Shown one piece after another: positions 16,694 to 26,580 of a DNA stretch of 46,602 bases. A model generated the notes under the pieces. The model ran no database searches, had not been told where the DNA came from, and saw only the letters and a list, made by a program, of their open reading frames with translations. Position 1 is the first letter of the stretch. Every line of letters begins with the position of its first letter. The position numbers and the translations under genes were made by a program. This stretch comes from a virus: the UHGV virus genome UHGV-0186543; one strand, 5' to 3'.

Positions 16694-16801
16694 CGATTTT
16701 CATGACCTCGTTTACATAGAAATTAAAAACCCGGTACGGCAGGTCCATTTGCGTATCGGGCGGGATGGCAAGTTTTTTCGCAATAAACGGAATCAGAATA
16801 A

Positions 16802-17083
16802 CTATATCTGATGTCTGTCTTTCGGGGGCTTTACCAGTTCGTTAAACGCAGCCTCCATTTGATCGTAATCGCACGCAGGCAGTGCATATAAATCCTCTCG
16901 ATCCAGATTTGCCAGGCGCGCCAGCATTGTCGCTGTCCGCTCTTCAAGACCACTTTTATCGTTACTGAACATAATGCGGTCGCGTAATTTTGGTTCGCGA
17001 ATAGTAATTGTATCGCGGCTCTCGCCCTTAATAATAAATGGTCGAGAGAGCGTAATAGTCATACTGTCTAATAATGATTCCAT
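16802..17083 (-). CDS. tail assembly chaperone (P2 gpE-like), with probable -1 frameshift extension (E') to about 16671
   Basis: 93-aa ORF between tube and tape measure genes; the -1 frame is open across the whole 108-nt gap to the tape measure start. Confidence 0.5.
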   Translation of the reverse strand: MESLLDSMTITLSRPFIIKGESRDTITIREPKLRDRIMFSNDKSGLEERTATMLARLANLDREDLYALPACDYDQMEAAFNELVKPPKDRHQI

Positions 17084-17095
17084 TTTATTTGCCTT

Positions 17096-17608
17096 TTAAT
17101 ATACATGGAGGATTCGAGCAACGCCCGCAAGGACGTCAACACCATTAATTACTCGTTTCATTTTTGCTGGATGAATCTCGTAAATAATTTTTCCATTTTG
17201 AACTCGTTTATAATAACTCGGCGCAATCGTTACTGATTGCCCAACTGCTGATTTTGAATCAGTCCCCTGAGCGTCATCAGTGATTGCCGTAATAAGACCC
17301 TCGTAGGTATCAATACGCTCAAAATTTATTCCATAGGAGTCTGTGTACGCACTACGAATTTCAAACCGCGTCCTGACTCCCGGTATTAACCCGAAATAGC
17401 TCATAACACCAGAATCAGAACCAGAAACTTTAAAACTGGCTGACATTTTCTCCATCCCCCCATCCAGTGTTATGGCTGTATCCATCGAGCCTGTTTTAAA
17501 CTCGTCCTCAATTATTTTCATATCAACAGGAGTATATTCAGTACAATTTAAAACCCGTTCACCTTGCACGAATAGCGCAAACGCGCGGTAAGCGTTGCTA
17601 TCTGACAT
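17096..17608 (-). CDS. tail tube protein (P2 FII-like)
   Basis: 170-aa ORF directly downstream of sheath gene. Confidence 0.7.
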   Translation of the reverse strand: MSDSNAYRAFALFVQGERVLNCTEYTPVDMKIIEDEFKTGSMDTAITLDGGMEKMSASFKVSGSDSGVMSYFGLIPGVRTRFEIRSAYTDSYGINFERIDTYEGLITAITDDAQGTDSKSAVGQSVTIAPSYYKRVQNGKIIYEIHPAKMKRVINGVDVLAGVARILHVY

Positions 17609-17625
17609 ATTTACTCTCCGAATTA

Positions 17626-19125
17626 TCAGGCTGTTTCTTTAAAAAGTGAGGCCAGTGCTTCAACTGTATAGTCATTATTAATGCGGTACATTAACGTAAT
17701 TGTTTGTGCCGGAGATTTCGGACCAAAATCAACATTAATATAAAGATTACCAGCGGCCAGACTTTCTTTTGTATTCAGCTCACCGTCTAACCACGCACGC
17801 CCTCCGTTAATCGCGCCCTGCTCCTCTAATTTGTGCAGATATGCGTTTATCGACTCGACAACGTCTGTTCCGAGGTGCAGGTCTATCGGACGATCAATAA
17901 AATCGGTCATCATTGCCCGGGCTATAGAATCCTCAATTACGTCAGCTGTTCGACGAACGCATTCAAAGGACCATTGGGGACTGAGGCTACACAGATAGTT
18001 ACCCCAGTGCCGGAACCCGTCATAGCGAATAATTGTGCTGACCTGACTGGCGTTCAACAGGTTCGCTGTGCAGTTTGTCTCACCAATAATAAAATCGTCG
18101 ACTTGTTCAAGCCCCGTAACTCCGTAGATGTTTTGGTTCGATTTACTCCACCAGAATCCTTTTTCATTATCAATTCTGGCTCGTAAACCAGCAGCGATAG
18201 CTGAATACGGACGAGATAACCCACTAACATCGCTCGTAGAATAAACACGAGGGCGCAGAATTTCCATTCTGCCGCCGTACCTCTGACGACGATTCACAAC
18301 GTCAGCAGGCGTAGCGCCTCGCGGTGAATCGATATACCCAACACCTCGTAATTTATTTGTCACCACTTCAAGTTGTTCAGCGATATAATCGTTAGCACTA
18401 TAATCTGGAGCAATTAAAATTCTCGGAGTCACTTGATTTATTTGTGCAGACGTCAACAATGCGTTAATCCCGTTAACGACGTTCTGCCTCATTTTTGTTT
18501 CGTCGTTGTCTTCTTCAACGCGGACAACAACAATAATAGCGTCATCCTGATTTAGTATTTCAGATACAGCGGGAGGAAGGGTGCCAGACCCACCGAGCAA
18601 TCCAGCTTTTTTCTGACTGCCTGCAATTACCGTCGGAATATTATATTTGAACGATTCGTCTTTGCCACCTGATAAATTTGTTGGAGGAAGAGCGAACACA
18701 GTCCCCGTTCCTGCGTGATCACCACCGAATGTGACATTAATATATTCCCCGATTTGTAGCCCTTCTTTATACTGCTGGTTCTGATCATACATTTTTGACG
18801 GAGTCATCGCGCCGTCTGTAAGCATTGTCAATTTTCTCGATCCGTCAGGCAGTGTACTATATCCTGGAGTTGCTACATTCCCGTTAATACCGAGATTGAC
18901 GATTTCGACAATCCAGTTGTTTCCGTCGGCCCCTGGCGTGACAGTTGAAAACTGAACAAGATTATCTGCGAGTTCAGATCCCCATAGTAGTGATGCGCAT
19001 GTTGGGGCGCTCGCATCCGGGGCCGTGCCGACGATACCGATAACGGAAATATCGACCGTGCTGATCTCTTTTGTTCCGTCGTCGTATTCGAGCGTGCGTG
19101 GGCCGTGCAAAAAATTAGTGCTCAT
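17626..19125 (-). CDS. contractile tail sheath protein (P2 FI-like)
   Basis: 499-aa ORF, size and order typical of myovirus sheath proteins. Confidence 0.8.
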   Translation of the reverse strand: MSTNFLHGPRTLEYDDGTKEISTVDISVIGIVGTAPDASAPTCASLLWGSELADNLVQFSTVTPGADGNNWIVEIVNLGINGNVATPGYSTLPDGSRKLTMLTDGAMTPSKMYDQNQQYKEGLQIGEYINVTFGGDHAGTGTVFALPPTNLSGGKDESFKYNIPTVIAGSQKKAGLLGGSGTLPPAVSEILNQDDAIIVVVRVEEDNDETKMRQNVVNGINALLTSAQINQVTPRILIAPDYSANDYIAEQLEVVTNKLRGVGYIDSPRGATPADVVNRRQRYGGRMEILRPRVYSTSDVSGLSRPYSAIAAGLRARIDNEKGFWWSKSNQNIYGVTGLEQVDDFIIGETNCTANLLNASQVSTIIRYDGFRHWGNYLCSLSPQWSFECVRRTADVIEDSIARAMMTDFIDRPIDLHLGTDVVESINAYLHKLEEQGAINGGRAWLDGELNTKESLAAGNLYINVDFGPKSPAQTITLMYRINNDYTVEALASLFKETA

Positions 19126-19130
19126 TTATT

Positions 19131-19364
19131 TTACTCTCCTGATTCGATTATAATTGGAGCCACATATTCAGCAACATCACCAAATTCACCGGCCACAGCT
19201 CGCCCGTATAGATTTCTACCGTATAATGTGGAATCGGTTTTAGATGCGGTAAATAAAATATCACTACCGATACCTCTGATATCACAATTAATATCAATAC
19301 TATTGCCTGATGTGCTAGAATAACGCGGTAATTTTATATTTGAAAAATCATCATCTTTAAACAT
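19131..19364 (-). CDS. hypothetical small protein, possibly tail fibre-associated
   Basis: 77-aa ORF between tail fibre and sheath genes, the position of a fibre assembly factor in P2. Confidence 0.3.
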   Translation of the reverse strand: MFKDDDFSNIKLPRYSSTSGNSIDINCDIRGIGSDILFTASKTDSTLYGRNLYGRAVAGEFGDVAEYVAPIIIESGE

Positions 19365-19369
19365 TTTAT

Positions 19370-20323
19370 TTAGGCCACTCTAATGAAATTTGTTGCAAAA
19401 CTCGCTGTAAAAATATCTTCGGCATTACCGTCTGTCGGTTCGGAACTCGACGGCATATACCCTGAGAGCGCCCACAGGCCAGGCAGGGATTCTGCTGAAA
19501 ATCCTATACTAATAATAACGTCGCTAATTAACTGCGCATTTCGTCTATATGTATACGCAGGAAAAATCAATGAACCTGCAATAGTATCCCCGGGTTTATA
19601 GTGCATAACAGTCTCGTTACTAAATCCAAATCCTGCATAAACAACTGAGCCGACAGCTGCAAACGCAGGCACCACCGGTGCAGGGTCATCGTTAGCATCA
19701 ATTAAATTGTCAATGTCTTCTTTGGTGTAATAATCATCAAGATTGACGCCGATATTTTCCCGCGCCGTTTTTTGCGCCGCCGCGCCTTTATCTTTGATTT
19801 CAGATAAATTTTTGCTTATCTGCAAATAACGCTTATCTGCATCTGTCTGACTAATTCCACTACTATTATCAATAATAACGTTAACAGTAGACGTGCTGGA
19901 CACCGCGAGTGTGTATTTATACGTGATTGAAATCAACGCACCGTTACTGTCCGTCGGTTTCAAAATATCCGGTGAACGTGCAACTGAGTACAGCTCCCCT
20001 TTATCTGTTAATATCCCCACCTCGCGGATGGTATAACCGCCGGTTTCCGGCGGTACGTACAGTGTAAAAATGACCTGATTACCGCTATTTTCTGACGATT
20101 TAATATCTCCGCGATACGTCTCGTGAATTAATGCTGTTCGGGCCGGGTCTGGCGTCACGTCGCCGTTTCCGTTTGCGTCACCAATAACGAATTTATTCAG
20201 CACCACGGGTACACCCGATGCCAGCGCAGCGGCTTCAAGTTGCGCCCCCCGGTCTGTCAGCACCGCATAAACCTGGCTCGCGCTCACTTTCAGATTTGAT
20301 TTTAATTTAGCCATTAGGTCCAA
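19370..20323 (-). CDS. tail fibre protein with N-terminal tail-collar domain (short P2 gpH-like)
   Basis: 317-aa ORF; N-terminal region (VIGDANG...TIREVGILTDKGELYSVARSP...IDNSSG) resembles phage tail-collar fibre domain. Confidence 0.55.
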   Translation of the reverse strand: MDLMAKLKSNLKVSASQVYAVLTDRGAQLEAAALASGVPVVLNKFVIGDANGNGDVTPDPARTALIHETYRGDIKSSENSGNQVIFTLYVPPETGGYTIREVGILTDKGELYSVARSPDILKPTDSNGALISITYKYTLAVSSTSTVNVIIDNSSGISQTDADKRYLQISKNLSEIKDKGAAAQKTARENIGVNLDDYYTKEDIDNLIDANDDPAPVVPAFAAVGSVVYAGFGFSNETVMHYKPGDTIAGSLIFPAYTYRRNAQLISDVIISIGFSAESLPGLWALSGYMPSSSEPTDGNAEDIFTASFATNFIRVA

Positions 20324-20933
20324 TCTCCACTAACAGACTCACAATTGGTGAGCCTGATATATATAATCCGCCATTTAATTTCACGCCACCATCACCATCG
20401 GCTGGTATATCAACATCCAATTTTGCGTAAGGACTTCCGGCAATAAAAAACTCACCGTCAACACCTGTTTCGAAATTTATTTCCTTTAATAATGAACGAC
20501 AATTTTTTGCATCAAATATTTGTGCAATAAATGTATTCAATAGCTCTAAATCTAACCCCATACTTTTTAGCAGATATATTTTAATTGCGAATGTATACGG
20601 GTCGTCCCTGGGTGTGGCTTCAAACCACTCTCTCATTTTGCTCTCAAATCCAACTGTTAATAACGCTCGTTCAACAGCTCCACGCGTTCCGCGGTGCTTG
20701 TTCTGCCACGCAGCTGCTTTAATAATTTCGCGTTTTTGCTGCTCGCTCCAGTCGGGGTTCCAGTAGGTGACGGCGTATTCCCACGCCAACCACGGCAACA
20801 GATTTGCAGGACACAAATCGGGATTTTTAATAATTCGAATATCGCCAGGCAGATCGCCAACGTGAGATAAAACAGATTCCAGCGCTCTCTCGGGGGTTAT
20901 TGCGTTCGGAGGCAGTACGCTTTGACTTGTCAT
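20307..20933 (-). CDS. tail protein I (P2 gpI-like)
   Basis: 208-aa ORF with LLPWLAWEYAVTYW...EQQKREIIK pattern. Confidence 0.6.
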   Translation of the reverse strand: MTSQSVLPPNAITPERALESVLSHVGDLPGDIRIIKNPDLCPANLLPWLAWEYAVTYWNPDWSEQQKREIIKAAAWQNKHRGTRGAVERALLTVGFESKMREWFEATPRDDPYTFAIKIYLLKSMGLDLELLNTFIAQIFDAKNCRSLLKEINFETGVDGEFFIAGSPYAKLDVDIPADGDGGVKLNGGLYISGSPIVSLLVEIGPNG

Positions 20934-20935
20934 GG

Positions 20936-21856
20936 CTACCCCATTTGCACGCTGAGTTTGATTTCTGTGCAGTGCGGGGCCTGTCCGACGCCAGCGATCA
21001 CATCCTCTGTTGGCGATATCAGAATCACACGCTCAGTGCCGTCACGGTGTATCGCATCGTAAATTCCCGACAGGGCTGCTGTCGCCCCGATTTTATGTTG
21101 TGTAGCCACGTATATAGCTAAATCGCTTTGTGCACCGTTGAGCAACACGTTCTGATCGGGACCGAGCCCCGCTACGATAACGGCTTCAACCCGGTAATTC
21201 AGGTTCGACGCAGGTTTTACTGTCACGAAATCAGTTAGTGGCCGAGTGTCGTCAGGAGACAGGGCCGCGTTCACTGTATTCAGTAGTGATTGTGGCGGAG
21301 TGCCGTCGCCGGTTCGCGACAGGACATACATATCGACGTATCCAGGCTGGGTCACGGGGGGGCCGTATGCCTGAGCAGACAAAACGTCTGGATCACTCGA
21401 TAGCGCGAAATAGTTATAGGCGTTCGTACTGCCGGCAGTATTCCGCGCGTACCACGATAGCTGTATGCGATGACGATACTCGTCGTCACTCTCGTAAACC
21501 GCCTCAGTCGGGGGAATTACATCGGGATTAGCTGGCGTTATCAACAGCCGCAGGCAGTCAAAATTAACGCCAATCTGGTCGAGGTCACTCCCTTTTGCAA
21601 ACGCGAGCAATACAGCGAGCATCCCCTGATTTACCCGGGCTGTAATAATGATTTCTCTGTATGCAACTATTTCCAGCAGTTTAACGGCCGGGTCTGACTC
21701 CAGGAGTGCGTTAAATTGTGGATATAATATCTGCAGCTCTGACAGTAGATTAGATTTAACATCTGAAAATAACGGGGTTTTAACGAATGCTGGCGGCGGC
21801 AGCAGACTCATATCAATAGTTTTCACTATCGAACTCTGAACTGTTGATGTTATCAA
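20936..21856 (-). CDS. baseplate protein J-like
   Basis: 306-aa ORF between gpW-like and gpI-like genes. Confidence 0.6.
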   Translation of the reverse strand: MITSTVQSSIVKTIDMSLLPPPAFVKTPLFSDVKSNLLSELQILYPQFNALLESDPAVKLLEIVAYREIIITARVNQGMLAVLLAFAKGSDLDQIGVNFDCLRLLITPANPDVIPPTEAVYESDDEYRHRIQLSWYARNTAGSTNAYNYFALSSDPDVLSAQAYGPPVTQPGYVDMYVLSRTGDGTPPQSLLNTVNAALSPDDTRPLTDFVTVKPASNLNYRVEAVIVAGLGPDQNVLLNGAQSDLAIYVATQHKIGATAALSGIYDAIHRDGTERVILISPTEDVIAGVGQAPHCTEIKLSVQMG

Positions 21857-22194
21857 AATATCAGCTCCATATTATTAAACTCTAATCGCTGTTGTGTTTC
21901 GATATCTGTTGCGATAATTAATATTGTTATTTTCCCGATATCCACTGCTAACACATTTATTCTGTCAATTCTGACGCGTGGTTCCCAGCGTGCTATTGCT
22001 CCTGCACTTTCCATTATTATTCTCATAGCAAGCGACGGATCAGTGGGATTATCAACGAGGTCAAATAATTTGCAGCCGTATTCCGGCAACATTACACGGG
22101 TTCCCAGCGGGGTCGTTAAAATATCAACGATAGACTGACAAATGTGATCAGTCCCCGATAAAGACTTACCAGTGTTACGGTCCATTCCAAGCAT
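21853..22194 (-). CDS. baseplate protein GPW/gp25 family
   Basis: 113-aa ORF with GPW-like sequence (SIVDILTTPLGTRVMLPEYG). Confidence 0.65.
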   Translation of the reverse strand: MLGMDRNTGKSLSGTDHICQSIVDILTTPLGTRVMLPEYGCKLFDLVDNPTDPSLAMRIIMESAGAIARWEPRVRIDRINVLAVDIGKITILIIATDIETQQRLEFNNMELIF

Positions 22195-22196
22195 AT

Positions 22197-23114
22197 TTAC
22201 GCCATTGGTTGATTTGGTTTATCTGTTTCTCCGTCAGGGCATATGTGCGTATGCCCGTTATATGTAATACGCATCTCATTCATTGTGCCTTGTCGGTCCT
22301 GTACCTCTTGCCCTGCTAACACACTACCGCGAGTTGTGATATTACCGGTTCCACCGTTATCTCCAGTGACAGAAATATCGTTACGGAATATCGCTAATTT
22401 ATCTACTACTAATGTCTCGGTAATATGAGTTGGACCAGCTAGTGTTATCCCACCCGGAGCCCACGCACTGATTGTTTGAGCTGTCAGCGATATTTTGTTC
22501 GCAGCAGTAATACTAACAGAACTCGTTGCTATAACGTTCACTAAATCAGCATGTGCGTTAATTGTGTCTGTTGCTGTCACATTAATAATATCAGCGTCTG
22601 CGTTAATTAATTTTCCACCGTGAATATTGACAACATTTTCGCTATTAATAGTAACGTCTGCACGTCCGAATATTTCTATTTCAGACTCACCGAGTATTTT
22701 TACTACGCCGTCCGGTACGCCCTGCCATGTCAGAGTGTGATTTTTTGTGTTATACGTCATCGTAGCCCCATCACAGTATGCAGTGACATGATCATGGGGG
22801 TCATTGCTTGGCGGAGCTTTGTCGTCAATGTGCAGCCCGAGCATAACTACACCATTACGCGTGTCCCCACCCTCAGAAACAACAGTAACGGGATCGCCCA
22901 CTGATGGTGCGCTCCAGTCGACGCGTTCTGAGGTGGCGTGAGTAAACCACTGCAGCCAGCCTGACTGGTGTTCACCACCAAATGAGACTCGGCAGCGGGG
23001 AGGATTCATTTTAACTGCAGCTATCGTGCCGCGTTTAACTGCGTCACGCAGCCTGCGCGCGTTCTCCGCTGCAGCATATTCATCGTCCGATTGGGCCATA
23101 ATAGTCGCCCTCAT
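22197..23114 (-). CDS. baseplate central spike/assembly protein V
   Basis: 305-aa ORF; N-terminal OB-like region, C-terminal repetitive beta-helix-like segment ending in HTHICPDG (His-rich apex). Confidence 0.65.
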   Translation of the reverse strand: MRATIMAQSDDEYAAAENARRLRDAVKRGTIAAVKMNPPRCRVSFGGEHQSGWLQWFTHATSERVDWSAPSVGDPVTVVSEGGDTRNGVVMLGLHIDDKAPPSNDPHDHVTAYCDGATMTYNTKNHTLTWQGVPDGVVKILGESEIEIFGRADVTINSENVVNIHGGKLINADADIINVTATDTINAHADLVNVIATSSVSITAANKISLTAQTISAWAPGGITLAGPTHITETLVVDKLAIFRNDISVTGDNGGTGNITTRGSVLAGQEVQDRQGTMNEMRITYNGHTHICPDGETDKPNQPMA

Positions 23115-23616
23115 GTTCTGCGCCGATATCTGGCGCTATTCCGACATATAAATTTTTCAGGGTTCCCTGTGATGGGTAATCGAAAATATCTGGACCAACG
23201 CCTACAACCTGCGTGAACGACACGCACTGAACTGAATGCGAACCGACTGACTGCCCGTTTTTAATCCAGTCGCACGGTTCCGCGTCGCTGAATTTTGCCG
23301 GTTTAGTTCCGGGACCGAACATTCGCCCATTGATCCAGCTCGTCATATAGAGCGCTGCATTCTGCGATTTCAGTCCGTACTGATCAGCTGCAAACTCCCG
23401 CAGCAAATACAAATTACACGACAGCTCGACTGACTGAATTGAGCCTGGAACCGATTCGTCACTCTGTGACCAGTTGCTGATTTCCATGAACAGAGCTGGC
23501 GTTTCAAATCCTGCCGGAATTTCTGGATAAATGCCGAATGTTTTGATGAACGGTATTTGTAAAACCGCGCCTTTAACGCGATCAAGATATTCGTCAAATG
23601 CATCCAGTCCGCTCAT
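23080..23616 (-). CDS. putative tail completion or neck protein
   Basis: 178-aa ORF between head-tail joining genes and baseplate genes; function inferred from position only. Confidence 0.3.
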   Translation of the reverse strand: MSGLDAFDEYLDRVKGAVLQIPFIKTFGIYPEIPAGFETPALFMEISNWSQSDESVPGSIQSVELSCNLYLLREFAADQYGLKSQNAALYMTSWINGRMFGPGTKPAKFSDAEPCDWIKNGQSVGSHSVQCVSFTQVVGVGPDIFDYPSQGTLKNLYVGIAPDIGAEHEGDYYGPIGR

Positions 23617-24317
23617 AATCGTTTCCCTGTTTTTGGGTCTACGTGGACATTACCTTTCACGCGACCACGCAAGTCCTGTTCAAAAAAACCTATGAACACG
23701 GTGCCAATGTTTTCAAAAATATAATCATCGATAGCATCCTCCAGCGCTTCGTGCACCGGTACGCGAGCCTCTTCGATTCCTCCGCGAGCCAGTCGAATCC
23801 AGACACTTTTCGCACCGTAGCGTTTCGCTACGAATGAATCGGGCCAGCTCATCATCGCCAGCCCCGCGCTCCTGGGGGTAAACGTTGCGCCGCGAGCGCC
23901 TTTTTTTGTTTTCAAAAACAGACCGGTCTCAGGATCGCGAGGCTGTTTTTGCCTCCGTGGATTTTGTAATCGCCCCTTTAGCTCAGATACCCGGAAATCA
24001 TTCAGACCGTACCAGAGCTTGGCGCTGCTCAGGTCTCCTGCAGTTTCTTTTGATATGTTCCGGATTTTGACGAACGGTTTTACGCGTTTTTCTGCGGCCT
24101 TACGCCCTTTAACCGCCAGCGATTCGATGATCATTCCCACCGAGACCCGGTGCATATGTTTTGCAGTTCGGTTCAGTGCCCTGTTGTATGCCATTAACAT
24201 TTGATGTTGCGTCGCGCTGATTTCGACTCTGAGCTGCTCCAGCGCCGAAACATCGATATCGAACATCTGCGCGTTACTACGTAAATCAGCCACGGTTCCC
24301 CCCTTAAGTGGGACCAC
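23613..24317 (-). CDS. putative tail completion or head-tail connector protein
   Basis: 234-aa ORF; position only. Confidence 0.3.
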   Translation of the reverse strand: MVPLKGGTVADLRSNAQMFDIDVSALEQLRVEISATQHQMLMAYNRALNRTAKHMHRVSVGMIIESLAVKGRKAAEKRVKPFVKIRNISKETAGDLSSAKLWYGLNDFRVSELKGRLQNPRRQKQPRDPETGLFLKTKKGARGATFTPRSAGLAMMSWPDSFVAKRYGAKSVWIRLARGGIEEARVPVHEALEDAIDDYIFENIGTVFIGFFEQDLRGRVKGNVHVDPKTGKRL

Positions 24318-24325
24318 GGTCCCAC

Positions 24326-24706
24326 TTAGTATTTTGAATACTCGCTGTTTTCGCTGGACGTATGAGGCTCTAAAAAAATATTCGTGAGCCCGACGCCGTC
24401 TGCTTGTGGCTCTTTAACTACGTAATCGGTCCAGCCAGACCAGGTAACAGAGCCGTCAGCAGCGATACTGCGCTGCTTTGGGACCTGGACAACGTCACGC
24501 GCAACAACGCCAGCGACGTCGTCTGAGAGCGCCGTCAGGCTCGTTACTGTACCGGTAATAAAACCGGCATGAGGAACGTCAACGCGCGCGTAAGGCTCGT
24601 TAAAAATAGCGATAACGGGGTCGGTTTTACCGCCTAATTTGATTGGCCGTCCCCACTCACGAATCATCTCTTCGTCGCCAGCCCGGAGGTCATCGTAGTA
24701 GCTCAT
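24326..24706 (-). CDS. head-tail joining protein (lambda FII-like), tentative
   Basis: 126-aa ORF following FI-like gene, lambda gene order. Confidence 0.45.
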   Translation of the reverse strand: MSYYDDLRAGDEEMIREWGRPIKLGGKTDPVIAIFNEPYARVDVPHAGFITGTVTSLTALSDDVAGVVARDVVQVPKQRSIAADGSVTWSGWTDYVVKEPQADGVGLTNIFLEPHTSSENSEYSKY

Positions 24707-25122
24707 AGAGCGTAAACGTGACCAGCTGCGATGAGGTCTGCGACTTCAGGCGAATCGACAATAATTTCACGGCCTTCGGCAACAATCTCGCGAACACGAC
24801 GCCCGTTCACGTAGTGATAAATATCCAGTGTGTTACGCAGCTTTACGCGACGCGTAATTAATGCGATTTTCTGCTCTTGTGACTGTGAAACGATGGTGCT
24901 CGTAATTGATTGAGCGAGATCGCTATCAGTCCCGGGCGCAGTATTCACCGCGATCTCGATGCCTCCCGCGTCACCAGATTGCTCATTCAGAATATCGAGC
25001 TCTGACTCAGCACCGGCGACGATTGATTCAAGTTCCGCAGTAGTCCCGCTACGCGGTAATTCGCGACCGAGCTGTGCGCTCAGATCGTCGATTCTCGCCA
25101 GCAATTCTGTTTTTGTGCTCAT
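24703..25122 (-). CDS. DNA packaging protein FI-like
   Basis: 139-aa ORF; N-terminus MSTKTELLARIDDLSAQLGRE parallels lambda gpFI MTKDELIARLRSLGEQLNRD. Confidence 0.65.
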   Translation of the reverse strand: MSTKTELLARIDDLSAQLGRELPRSGTTAELESIVAGAESELDILNEQSGDAGGIEIAVNTAPGTDSDLAQSITSTIVSQSQEQKIALITRRVKLRNTLDIYHYVNGRRVREIVAEGREIIVDSPEVADLIAAGHVYAL

Positions 25123-25156
25123 GTTGATTCCTTAACAAAAAAGAGCCTTTCGGCTC

Positions 25157-26191
25157 TTACGCGATTTTTACGACAACGAACGCGTCGGCATCCGTGAGGA
25201 CCATTGCTGGCGCGGATTGCGTCATTGTTTGCGTCACTGCCGGATCACCGGTAGTGGTCCAGACTTTTGGATAGCGCGTCGCTTCGCAAATACCCTCTTT
25301 CAAAGCGTCTTCGTCCTGGATTGCGCCATAAGTGCGGAGTCCGCGATTTTTTGTGTTGCCCAAAATCATCGTGCTATCCGGCATATAACGCTTTTCAGTG
25401 CCTGTCTCTGGATCGATGTATTGTCCTTTGTAGACAAACAACGCTGTGTCGCCGTAATAGCCCTTAAAGCTAACGACGTCGCCCAGGTTTTTCAGCGCGA
25501 CTTCGAGCTGGCTGTTTGAGCCACGGCGCGTATCCAGTGCCGTCCAGAACTTTTTAAAACGCTTCAACTGCTTCCAGGCTTTACCATCCATAATGATGAC
25601 GTTAACAGCACCGGATGCAAGGTCCGCATAAGATTCGATATCGTCGCTCGGGTCATACGTTTCCGCATCCTGAGTCGACCAAGCTGTCGAACCGGACTGA
25701 GTGACGTTATTCGTCGCGCTGCGGCTCATGTCGATCTCATAGGTCTCGATATTGCTGCCGGAAACTGTGTATTTACCGTACAGAACAGCCTGTACCGCCT
25801 GATATTCTTCGAGCTGGCTGATGCTCAGTTCCTCATCGAGCAGGTTCTGCATGATGAGTTTGGCGCGACGAATTACGGGAGTTAATGGCTCACTAATCGG
25901 CTCTCCGCCGGCGCGCTTGATGCTCATATTCGGATTGATCGTGTGTTTCGGCTTCGTGTAACCCGGTTTGAAATGGTTCGTTGAATAGCCGCGAGTGCGG
26001 TCAACTTTGCCGGTGATCATCGGCGCGCAGTACACAGCCATATTCACTTTTCCCGGGATTTTATCCAGAAAAACCTCTTCGCTCGTAAACGTGTATGTCT
26101 CACGGAAAAAAAGTCTTAAAAATAACGGATTGAACTTAAATACCTGCTGTGTCGCGGTAATGAGTTCTGACGTAGTAAACGAATCGCTCAT
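25157..26191 (-). CDS. E: major capsid protein (lambda gpE family)
   Basis: 344-aa ORF; extensive similarity to recalled lambda gpE (FKFNPLFLRLFFRE, KPKH, DTRRGSNS, RGLRTYG, TTGDPA). Confidence 0.9.
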   Translation of the reverse strand: MSDSFTTSELITATQQVFKFNPLFLRLFFRETYTFTSEEVFLDKIPGKVNMAVYCAPMITGKVDRTRGYSTNHFKPGYTKPKHTINPNMSIKRAGGEPISEPLTPVIRRAKLIMQNLLDEELSISQLEEYQAVQAVLYGKYTVSGSNIETYEIDMSRSATNNVTQSGSTAWSTQDAETYDPSDDIESYADLASGAVNVIIMDGKAWKQLKRFKKFWTALDTRRGSNSQLEVALKNLGDVVSFKGYYGDTALFVYKGQYIDPETGTEKRYMPDSTMILGNTKNRGLRTYGAIQDEDALKEGICEATRYPKVWTTTGDPAVTQTMTQSAPAMVLTDADAFVVVKIA

Positions 26192-26250
26192 TTATATATC
26201 CTGTATAAAAAAACCGCCCGGAGGCGGCTTGTTTTGAGTTTTTTTTGCTA

Positions 26251-26580
26251 TCAGCCGACGCTGACTGGCGTACCCGCAAACGCTGATTTGCGTTTAGCTA
26301 CGTCGGTAACAGTACCCCAGTTAATCGCCGTATAACGGAACGAGCCTGATTTGTAGTACGAGCAGTCTGCAGAACTTGCACCAGTGTTTACCGCTGTTGC
26401 CGTCAACCCAATGGCCTTTCCTACTGAACCATCCCAGACCTTGAGCGTCCCAACGCTTGTATCGAGCATAATCGGAGTCAATCGTGGAACGTTGATCCCA
26501 CCCTGAAAATGGCCAATAGTCGTAACAACAAGATCTGGACCCAGAATAAAATCGTCCGGACTGTATGTTTCAGTTGTCAT
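26251..26580 (-). CDS. D: head decoration protein (lambda gpD family)
   Basis: 109-aa ORF; LTPIMLDTS...LKVWDG...YYKSGSFRY...AFAGT matches lambda gpD pattern. Confidence 0.85.
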   Translation of the reverse strand: MTTETYSPDDFILGPDLVVTTIGHFQGGINVPRLTPIMLDTSVGTLKVWDGSVGKAIGLTATAVNTGASSADCSYYKSGSFRYTAINWGTVTDVAKRKSAFAGTPVSVG

